Below, one piece after another: positions 53,700 through 64,000 of a stretch of 64,000 nucleotides of DNA (positions are counted from its first letter, which is position 1; each line of letters starts with the position of its first letter). This DNA is from Geosiphon pyriformis uo1 (Eukaryota; Fungi; Glomeromycota). The stretch is from NCBI GenBank assembly GCA_016748015.1, contig JAAOMT010000402.1:40196-104195 (forward strand), in the 5' to 3' direction. The notes beneath the pieces were generated by a model that searched no databases, was not told the DNA's origin, and saw nothing but the letters and a program-made list of their open reading frames with translations. The position numbers and the translations under genes were made by a program.

Positions 53700-56680
53700 A
53701 TAAGATATAAAAAAGCTGTAACAATATTAGTTTTAAGTTCACAAAACCAAATTTTTGTACAAGTATATTGGCTTTTTTTGCAATAATTAAAACTTTTGGG
53801 ACATTATAAATATATAATGTCTAAGAATTTTGCCTAAATTCTTGCAGTTGTTTTTTTTATAAGTTTTATGTCTTTTATTATTTTACCAAGTTTTTTATAA
53901 TATTTCAGTTGTCTTTTATATGACAATTTTTGGTCTATAGGTAAAATTCTTTTATTATTCTTCTAAATATATTTAAAAAAAAAGTATTTTGGCAGTTATG
54001 TATTTAAATATATATTTCTCTATTTTAGTACCAATTTTTAGTTTTTTATAACAGTTTTTTAGGAAATAATAACAGAATGTACTCTAATTTTGTCTTCAAT
54101 TGTTATTTGTTTTTTGATAGCAAGCAAAACATCTAAGTAAATTTATTATGTATTTGCTTTTAAATAGCTTTTGATGTGAAATTTGCTGTTTCGAGTTTTA
54201 GTTTTTTTTATGTAGTATTTTTTCAATATAAAAATATCTATAAATTGGAAGGTATTTATTGTTCTGTTTATTAAGACACTATTGGAGTTTTTGTTGAATT
54301 GTAATATTTGGAGGAATATCAATAGAGACGAATAATAAGTTTTCTCTTAAAGCTTGCTTTAAAAGTTTTAGTAAGTGAACTTTAGAATAACTTCTTGTAT
54401 TTTTTCTATAAAGATAATAATTTCGAATCTCTGTTATTAAGATTATAGTAGATTCTATTTGAATATAATTAATTTGTTTTTTAATAATTTTTATGAATAA
54501 TTTGAGAAGTGTTTTTAAAGTTAATATTAGTTTTTAAAATATTTGTTGAATGTTTTAGAGAATAGTTATTGAAAAAATTTTAAAGTATAAAAAGAAAATG
54601 AAATTATTTTTGGTATACAGAATTTATATTATTTTTGTTATTGGATTTTTTATGTAATTTTAACTTGTTTTTGTGTAATTGTTTTTGTTATCCTTAAATC
54701 ATAAGAAATAATTTTAAGATAATTAAATTTAATTAGTTCAAGTTCAAAAGTTGTTCAATAACAACTATTGGTTTTAAGTTTCAAAAAATATCTTTTAAGT
54801 TAATTAAGAAAAATTGTATATTAATTTGTAGAATTAAAGATTCAATATTAGTTCTTAAATATTAGTATTTTAGTTTGTCATCATGTGTAACCTTCTTTAA
54901 AACTTTATTATTATGTCTTAATTTGTATAATCTATTTCTTAGAATTTCGTTTGCATAAAATAATTTATTTCATTTATGATTGAATTTTCTATTCTAACGT
55001 TTTTTAGCCTTAGTTTTATATAAGCAAACTTTGTTTTCAACTTTAAATTTGGTGGTTAATAACAGTTTATTGTTATGGCATTCTTTTTGTTGAACTTGAA
55101 AATATTTTATATAAGTAGCTGCAATTTTGTTTTTTTCTTTTTAAAGGGCTAAGTAATGTGTAGGTTTTTTATTAGAGTGTTTTTTGGAAGTTTTTTCTGT
55201 AATTGATTAAACTATATAAGTTTCTATTGTAAAATTGATTGGTAATTTTGCTGTTTTTCTATAAGTCAAGTCAAATAATATATGTTTTGTTGTATTTTGT
55301 TTTAGTGTTCTATATACTAATAACATTAATGAAATAAAAATATTCTATTTTTACTCAAAATTAGTTAAAACTTTGGTTAATAATTTATAAAGTGTTCTGC
55401 TAAAACATTATATAAATCTATTTGTTTGTGAATAATAAAATGATAATAAAGATTTTTTGGCATTAAATTGTTTACAAATGTTTTGTATCAAGTTGTTTAC
55501 AATGTTACTGGAGGCTTTTTGCCCTCTTTTTTAATATTGTTAATACTGTTTTGCTATTAATTTTTTGTTGATAAGAACTAGTAAATTTCCAAGAAGTTAA
55601 TTTATCTTCTAAATTATTTTTCTATATTTTAGAATATGTTTTACTGTTGAACTTATAATAGAATGAGCTTTAAATACTGTTCTGTAATTTTCAAATAGTA
55701 ATCTAAAATTATTAAAGTAATTTGGTTTAAAAATTGTTAGAATTTCAGTTTTGTAAGCTTTCTAATGTATTGAATTTTCAATAGTTGTAAAATTGGGTTT
55801 TGTAAAATATTTTTACAGATATAAAATAGATATAGAGTCTTAAAGCTGCTTTGATTTTGTAACAGATGTTTGTTGATCCGACTGTTGTCTTGAATTCATT
55901 GTGTATTTGCAATATTTGTTAAATGTTTTAGAGAATAGTCATAATAAAAGAATTTGTGATAACAATGAATTTATTATATATTAATTTTATTAGTTTTTAG
56001 TATAAGATTTTTATATTATTTTTGTTTTGAGTTTTTATGTAATTTTTTTTCATGTTTTTGTTTCTGTTATCTTTTAAATTATTAAAATTAAAATATCAAA
56101 TAAATGAATTTTAAATGTTTAAGTTTGAAAGTTGTTTAATAATAACTATCAGTTTTAAGTTTCAAAAAATATTTTTTGGATTAATTAAGAAAAATTGTAT
56201 ACCAACTTGTGGAATTAAAGACTTGAGATTGATTTTTAAATGAGAATGTTTCAGTTTGTCATTATGTACAACTTTTTTTAAAATCTTATCATCAAGTCTT
56301 AATTTATATAATTTTGTGTACATAAAATAATTCATTCTATTTATAATCAAACTTTTCACTTCATTGTTTTTTAGTCTTAATTCTGTGTAAAAAAACTTTG
56401 TTTTCAACTTTGAACTTATTGGTGGCAGGTAATAATTTGTTGTCATGTAATTCTTTTTGTTAAGCTTAAGAATGTTTAATATAGGTGGCTGTACTTTATT
56501 ATTTTTCTTCTAAAGTGCTTAGAAGTGTGTAGGCTTTTTACTTGGAAATTTTCTTCTATAATTGACTGGACTAAATAAATTTCTACTGAGAAATTAACTA
56601 ATAGTCTTGTTAATTTTCCGTAAGTCAGATCAAATAGAATGTGTCTTTACAAGTTTATTTGTCTGTAGATAGTATGGTAA
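53700..56680 (-). mobile_element. Two tandem, heavily mutated Ty3/Gypsy relics (integrase C-terminal region and downstream sequence)
   Basis: The minus strand of ~56260-56620 reads TYG…QKELHDNKL…KFKVENKVFLHR…KQ*SEKFDYK*NELFYVH…YKLRL..KILKKVVHNDKLK, matching the eroded Gypsy consensus KF.IGDKV..KW.GPF.(I/V)…YKL…HGDRLK. 54540-55270 and 55915-56640 are direct repeats. Confidence 0.7.
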
Positions 56681-58186
56681 AGATTAAGATCTTTTGATAT
56701 TGAATCATATATGCAAAAAATGTCTTTGTAAATAAAGTTTGCTACTGATTTCAGACATTATTCACCGTCTAAGGACCACATGGACGATGTGGGTAAAAAA
56801 AGAAAAGAGAACAAAATAGCAGGCCAAATATTTTCTAATCCTCAAAGTGGCTTATTGAAAAGAAAAAAAATAGAATAGCTTTAGCAGGAATAGAAACTCA
56901 ATATTTAAAAATATTAAGTGTCGAATTAATATCACGCATAAAAGACACCTCCACAGCAAGTTCCTCTCCAATTTTTGATGACAACTCCTCAAATCGTCTC
57001 CCCAAATACACATACTATAGAGATGTCTTGGATAAATCTACCATATAAAGAGAGCAAAGTTAAGAATCTCTTATTGTAAAGTGATACGTAGCAGGTAGAA
57101 AAACGGGACTTATAGCTAAAGTTCTTCCTTCTCCAAATTGCCATCCCCATAAGACTTATCAGTATAACCAAATAATAGGATCCCTCTTTATCGTTCATAA
57201 TTGACATAGAAAAAAAACAGTTGTTGGCACAGCAAAATGAGCAATACCAAAACAAAGACACACGTATAAATTTTTGTAAGACTGCTGATCAAAAATATTT
57301 TCACTGCCATCTGATGTCATGATGACGATTTGATCAGTAGTCATACAAAACTGTTTTTCCTATGTCGGTTAATTTTTCATTCCACGTTTATTTCACCGTT
57401 AGAGTTACCATATATTCCGAGTTCTCGTAAAGAGGAATTAAGCAAGCAATGGACGAGTCAAGTAGTAAGCGAAACGGACCGACCTTCTCGAAGCGGAACA
57501 TGCGGTGAAGTTACAACGACATGCCAAGAAGGCGAAGGTCGAGATTTTTTACGATCCAGTTAAAGTAAGTTAAATTATATAGTTAGTATTTTTTAGCGGT
57601 TTCGAGATATATTGTATATATCATTCGACAGTTGAACTTGAAGTATAGTGGCAATCATTTGCCTTTCGAGGCAAAGTCTAGGGGCTGATTGAACCCTCCC
57701 TTGCAAAGTTTTACTTTATATATTTTACCTTCAAGAATGGGTTACCAAATTATTATTGTCCTTTAGTGAGGAGAGAAAGTTCCGATACGCTTTCTAAAAT
57801 CTCCGAGCTATCTATAGGATAAGAAATTTTTTGCGTGTATCCTTCTTATTCTTCTTGAAATCTATGACTGCTTAAAATATATTACCCCTTTAATATCTAC
57901 ATATATTCATATCTATTATATATTTTTTTCTTAGCACAAAACACAAGCGGAGACTCGCAAACTTACAAAAAAAGAAATCCGTGATTATATTCAGTCATAT
58001 TGGGTTTCTAAAGACTTTGACTCCGACGATCTTAAATTAACTAATATATCGCAAGATCTACATTCATCGAAAAACTTTTAGAAGATAAATTTCAAAGACA
58101 TATTAGTGAAATAAATTCAAACGATTTAATTTCCAACGACAATAAAGAATACTCAGTACTCACTCAATATTTAGAATTGTCCGAGT

Positions 58187-59115
58187 GTGAAATTTTTCAT
58201 GCTAGAGACCCTTTTAGATCAAACCTCTTCAGAACTATGGGAAAAGTTTGAACAGTGGGCAGGTTTTGAAAAAACTAAAAATTTCGACATCATTGCTATC
58301 ACTTATGAAGAAAAAAACAAAGCACGCGTACGAACTACATATAGAAGCCCAAAAAAGTCCTATGGAACTTTATGATATCCTAAATGTGTTCCTATGCCAT
58401 CTGAATGATAAAATTTTTATAGTGAATGAAACAACTAAGAAGGTTGCGATTGACGTCCATCTAGACGGTTACAAGTATATTTCTAAACCTAGGTGTTTTA
58501 AAAATGCAATCAGTGAAACAATGATAGATTTCTTCGACCTCAACAGCCACCTGGTCGTAAAGACTGCATGGGTGATAGTAGATCAATATTATAAACACAA
58601 CCTTAGTGAGCCTTCTCATTGATCTAACCAATTCATCAAAAATTTAATAGAACATTTCAGTTGTTTTACTGATAATAACAATATACCATATGTCATTTCG
58701 AATATTGCTTTTACACATTCCCAGGAGCATCGTAAGTGTGTTCAGGATTTGATCCGAGGACTTCAGTCACTTTCCGACGCAGTAAACAATTATATTAACA
58801 ACGCATATCCAGCATTATACGCTAAAATGAAAAAACTCAACTTACGTCTTAACACTCCTAAATTTTTTGGAGCCTTCCCCACTATTAGTATTAACTTTAA
58901 TAGCATCTGCCAATTTCATCGAGATCTAAAAGATCATCGTAATACACTCTGTATCGTCTGCCCTCTCAGAAGGTTTGAGGGTGGGCATCTAACATTTCCT
59001 GAACTAAAGTTGGCAGTTATGGTGAAGCAAGGGAAAATGAATAAAGCGGGATATAGCGATTCGTCTTCGGCTAGGAAATTAAAAATTTTTTCTAGGTATT
59101 CAGGCCATAGTAAAT
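58187..59115 (+). pseudogene. TET/JBP-like 2-oxoglutarate/Fe(II) dioxygenase, disrupted and 3'-truncated
   Basis: FGAFPTISINFNSICQFHRDLKD…CPL..FEGGHLTFPELKL..VKQG (HxD motif); in-frame TGA at 58620-58622; distal His not found. Confidence 0.7.
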
Positions 59116-59249
59116 AGAGTATATAACGAGGTAATAAAAAATACTTATCTTTAATTTGGGGAGGCTTAGCCTCGTTGCTCCGCAACCCCGAAATNNNNNN
59201 NNNNNNNNNNNNNNTTTATGTTTATTCATCGTATTCAACAAAATTTTTG

Positions 59250-60640
59250 ACTTTATGAGAGATGAACCAGTGAAGCATATCACAGCAGGGTCAGTAATTT
59301 ATATAGGCGCAGAAGACGATCAAACAATATCAAAAGATGAACTCTTAAAGCTGACAATTGATGCAATTCGGTCCATGAAAAACATTGCTGGTGAAGATTC
59401 TGAACGCTTTAGAAAGATTTCTAATATTCCTTTAGAGGTTAGTTATTCTCTTTTTTAGACATTTTTTTATACATTATGATGACAACGCAGATATCACTTG
59501 ACAAAGTCAAAATAAATACCCGAGCCTACAAGTACACAAGTTACGACTTTCGAACGTAGTGAAAGGTGTTTCGACTCCGTGGAGTAATATTTAGATAAGT
59601 TAGAGTCCTTGTGGCGGCCGAACAAGGATGACAACTTTAGGATATTTCTGATTGCGCGCGCAAATGGAGGGAGATAATATATACATTATCAAGTTATACT
59701 AACATCATATTATTCTGTGTCAGTTCGAATGTGCCTATGAAACCATCTGTAGTCTACGTGATATCAAGGCATTGAAGATGGTATGACGGATTACTTTTTG
59801 TAACAATAATATCTATGAATTTAAACTAATATGTATATGTGTAGAAAGAGTGAACAAGTTCTTCTTGATGATGATAGGATAAAGAAAAATATAAGATATT
59901 TACAAGGGAGACTTTTGAGCGATTCTTCTTCCCTTTCTGTGGAACTCTATGAAAGTATGAAAAATATTCCTATTAGAAATCTAACCTGGAAAGATCCTCT
60001 AGCTAGTCGAGTCATAAGTGATGATTCCATCATTGTAGGAAAGTTGTCACCTAAACAGCATCAAAAGTTTATGGTAAGAATAACTTCGTTTTTCTTTGTT
60101 GTAATTAAAATTTTAATTAAATTGATGCTTCAACAGAAACGAGCACGTAATATGGTCGTCACACTCCCAAACTCGATCCAAGATAAATGCCATAGCAGAT
60201 AAAGTCTTGGTACTGTAAGATTATTTCAGAACTTTTCATTGTTTGCCGATTTAATAACAAGTTATGATATTATAGGGACCGAGATCCAGTTGAATGTACT
60301 CATTAGGGACAATCTCGATATACACCGATATTATCATCTGAAAAAAACGCAAATTTCAATACAGTGGTCTGAACAAGCTTTATCGACCTTACCTGAATTT
60401 GTTGAGCTATTGTTGAATTTACGGGTATTTATTCTAATACATCAAATTTCATTTATGCGTACAACAAAAGTAATTTTATTTTATATAGAATATCCTGGTC
60501 GTTAATTTATCTCTGTTAATGCAAGTACCCATAAGTGAAAGGCATCGTGTTGAAAAAAATATCACCGTATCATCACTTAGACAAGAAGTACCTGATGAAC
60601 AAAACAAAAAGAGGCAGAGAAGATCCAAGAAAACGTTAGG
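59250..60640 (+). pseudogene. Fragmented spliced gene of unknown function
   Basis: Exon-like ORF pieces with GT..AG introns; a near-identical inverted copy is at 63420-64000. Confidence 0.45.
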
Positions 60641-61114
60641 ATCTATTAAGCATAGAAAAACCGCGTATTTTTAGAATATAGATGATTGCCTTGTATTTCT
60701 ATTTGTAATAATAAAGAACTTGGTCATTTTATGTGTAATCGCGTTCGGTTATTTTTTTTCCAGATAATATGAAGCGTAGTCTGATTTATCAGCCATATGA
60801 TCTAGTGTAAAGTCGTGCAACCCAAATTAGATTTCACAAACATCTCTTATAATTGGAAGCATAATATCAAGCCCTACCCATCCAATTTAAAAGACGCGTT
60901 CTATGAGTCGAAGACTCGCTCCTTATGGAAGGCACGGAGTGACATTGCTCTGCAATCCTCAAGTCTCATCGTGACGGAATCTAACTATCAAGCTTTAATG
61001 GCTGGTCCCAACCTTTGCAAAGATAAAACGGGTCCTCTTTTGGTCTAGTCAAATCAATTACAACAAATTGCCGGCCTTGCAAATTTGTACAATATAAATC
61101 CAGATTCTTTCTTA

Positions 61115-61654
61115 TTAATTTTGGACAGTCGAAAAACTTTGTGTTACGTAGATTGAACTAATGTTAGAGTGACGTCCTTCAGTGAAGTAAGGGACAATTT
61201 TCTCTTGTATTTTTTTAGGCTCAGTACATAGACCTTCAAATATAACCACTGTCCCTCTTTCGGGAGAAAACTCATCAATTTTTGGTATTTTGTCAGGCTT
61301 CATTGATCGGAATGTAATATCTTCTCGATATGGCTTTGGACTATTTGAAATTATTCAGTAACAATCTTTCAGGTGTCTATATTTCGGCTCCTTAAGGTGA
61401 TGTCCAATCAAAACCAGATCATCATTTTTAATATAGCATGTTTCACCTTTTTTCCCACTAAATATTCGATACATCTTGTTTCCAAGTAAAAGGCTGATAA
61501 CTTCATTAGTTTTCCCCGATCTAGTTTGCCCTGAGACCACCATAGTGAACCGCCATTGGCATGTTGAATTTAATCCATTAAATCTCTCTGGGTGTTTGTA
61601 TTCATCTACATTCAAAACTATTTTCTCAACTCGATCAAGCTTCATTCTAATCAA
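61115..61654 (-). pseudogene. A32/FtsK-HerA-type viral DNA-packaging ATPase, disrupted
   Basis: Walker [12 protein letters not shown], Walker B-like GTVVIFEGL, and the A32 signature [19 protein letters not shown]; split by a stop at ~61355. Confidence 0.8.
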
Positions 61655-61829
61655 GATAAGTACTAGATATTAGATCGAAAAATAAAGATCTTTATTGCTA
61701 TATATTTACCGAATTTTTTATTTGCAGAGCAAAGACACTTACGTGCCCTTTGATGAATTATCATTTCGCAAGTAACCCTTCTCTCGCAATATATGCTGGA
61801 TATAGGGGAATGGGTCTGCTGTATGTGGA

Positions 61830-62040
61830 AACCTCGATGAGATCTATATCTTCTCACTTACATATATCCCGCTTTTTTTGATCTCGCAGTTGCTGACTTG
61901 CCAAACCACTCTCACCATTGGTCCGGTAGTATAAATCATTAACACTATAATGTTGAGATCCTTGGTATTCCCATGCCAACTTTAGCTCTTCATTATATCC
62001 ATCAAGTCGAAGCCCATCTAAAAATTTAGCCCTACGAGAA
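61830..62040 (-). pseudogene. NCLDV-type restriction-endonuclease-like (Vsr / PD-(D/E)xK) nuclease, disrupted
   Basis: Hand translation, not in the ORF track: [68 protein letters not shown]. Confidence 0.75.
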
Positions 62041-62700
62041 AATCATAATGTGTCCAGAATTTTATGAAGTCATACGCAATGATCAGGAACGTATCAAGAA
62101 TTCCATCTCGTATATGTCAGGACTGCATAGGGAACCATTTGGAATTCATCAGGAATTATGGGTCCGCATACATAATACGGAATTTTTAAATGCACACGGA
62201 ACTCCACACTTTAAATCCAGATGTGTTGCATATCTCATATAAATTTCATATGTTTCGATGTGATGCATCCAGAAATTCACATCGAATTCTCGGATAACTT
62301 ATGATGGCACGTTATATATATGAAATCTCTCAGTGCAAATCCAATAGTTGTAATAATGCTACTATTTGGATATTAGAAAAAGAAAAAAGTGCTAGGCCAT
62401 AGAATAGTACTATGACAAGTTGTATAAAAGAAAAGCTTTTTCTTCGAGAAATATATCTTAACTAGAATTATTTTCCTTAGTATCAATTTCAGTTCAGAAA
62501 ATTGTTACAAATCTATTTAAATAAAAATTCACCTTGAAAACCCAAAATTTCTAATCATTACTATTTCAAAATTACCAATAATTAAAACTAACATTTTAAA
62601 ATTGATTAACTACTGATTTCAGTAACTGTTAGTACTTTCAGGCTTGAACTAGAAATGACTTCTTGGAATGTAATTTTATTACTTCTTTTCTTTAAATTTT

Positions 62701-63086
62701 NNNNNNNNNNNNNNNNNNNNNNNNNNNNNNNNNNNNNNNNNNNNNNNNNNNNNNNNNNNNNNNNNNNNNNNNNNNNNNNNNNNNNNNNNNNNNNNNNNNN
62801 NNNNNNNNNNNNNNNNNNNNNNNNNNNNNNNNNNNNNNNNNNNNNNNNNNNNNNNNNNNNNNNNNNNNNNNNNNNNNNNNNNNNNNNNNNNNNNNNNNNN
62901 NNNNNNNNNNNNNNNNNNNNNNNNNNNNNNNNNNNNNNNNNNNNNNNNNNNNNNNNNNNNNNNNNNNNNNNNNNNNNNNNNNNNNNNNNNNNNNNNNNNN
63001 NNNNNNNNNNNNNNNNNNNNNNNNNNNNNNNNNNNNNNNNNNNNNNNNNNNNNNNNNNNNNNNNNNNNNNNNNNNNNNNNNNNNNN
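62701..63086. other. Assembly gap
   Basis: Run of N (a further small gap is at 59195-59213). Confidence 0.99.
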
Positions 63087-63419
63087 CAATCTACTAACCT
63101 CGTGTAATCTAATTGAAGCAGAAAAATTTTCTTGATATCAACGTGTTAAATGGCGATATTCAAGACTTGAGTTGTCTATTATGTAAGATTTGGATGGCCA
63201 CCAAAGTTCTTCTCCATCTTCAGTATTATAAAATACCTTTTCTGGTGTATATGTTGTTTTTTGAGAAGATAGAGATACCTTATCCCATATACCAGATAAA
63301 AATTGAATATGATTGAATTTTTAACGTAAAAAAATATTATTGACCAAATTTTGATATTATTAAAAATAGAAATACAAAGCAATCATCTATATTATCTATA
63401 TTCTATAAATATGCAGTTT

Positions 63420-64000
63420 TTCTATGCTTAATAGATCCTAATGTTTTCTTGGATCTTCTCCGCCTCTTTTTGTTTTGTTCGTCAAGTACTTCTTCTCTAG
63501 GTGATGATACGGTGATACTTTTTTCGACACGATGCGTTTTACTTATGGGTACTTGCATTAACAGAGATAAATTAACGACCAGGATATTCTATATAAAATA
63601 AAATTACTTTTGTTGTACACATAAATAAAATTTGATGTATTAGAATAAATACCCGTAAATTCAACAATAGCTCAACAAATTCAGGTAAGGTTGATAAAGC
63701 TTGTTTAGACCACTGTATTGGAATTTGCGTTTTTTTCAGATGATAATATCGGTGTATATCGAGATTGTCCCTAATGAGTACATTCAACTGGATCTCGGTC
63801 CCTATAATATCATAACTTGTTATTAAATCGGCAAACAATGAAAAGTTCTGAAATAATCTTACAGTACCAAGACTTTATCTGCTATGGCATTTATCTTGGA
63901 TCGAGTTTGGGAGTGTGACGACCATATTACGTGCTCGTTTCTGTTGAAGCATCAATTTAATTAAAATTTTAATTACAACAAAGAAAAACGAAGTTATTCT
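63420..64000 (-). repeat. Near-identical inverted copy of ~60075-60660
   Basis: ORFs 60239-60505(+) and 63572-63838(-) differ at only 4 of 88 residues; the flanks also match. Confidence 0.92.

Noticed and set aside
1-64000. Ste3-type receptor, HD1/HD2 or HMG mating-type genes near the peptide cluster
   Set aside because: None recognisable in this window, so the region cannot be called a MAT locus from this sequence alone.

Overview
AT-rich, intron-containing fungal DNA. The expanded TKL-type and Sel1-repeat kinases, kelch membrane proteins and other family motifs are typical of Glomeromycota (arbuscular mycorrhizal fungi and relatives); this taxonomy is an inference. The most striking item is missing from the ORF track: four copies of a 132-nt ORF encoding a 43-aa peptide that ends in a CaaX box (…GSGTGQCSIM). 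They lie at 12611-12742(-), 14816-14947(-), 17510-17641(+) and 19739-19870(+), arranged as a ~8 kb palindrome. Three copies encode an identical peptide despite 6-12 purely synonymous differences in the pairs compared, and all four share a TATA box. This looks like an a-factor-type lipopeptide pheromone precursor cluster. It lies inside a larger inverted duplication of a kelch membrane-protein gene, together with a class-3 lipase, a TKL kinase and a Tc1 (DD34E) transposon. Further on are two Sel1-kinase pseudogenes, a multi-exon double-pseudokinase gene, heavily AT-eroded Gypsy relics, and a decayed virus-like cassette (TET/JBP-like dioxygenase, A32-type packaging ATPase, NCLDV-type endonuclease). 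There are three assembly gaps.
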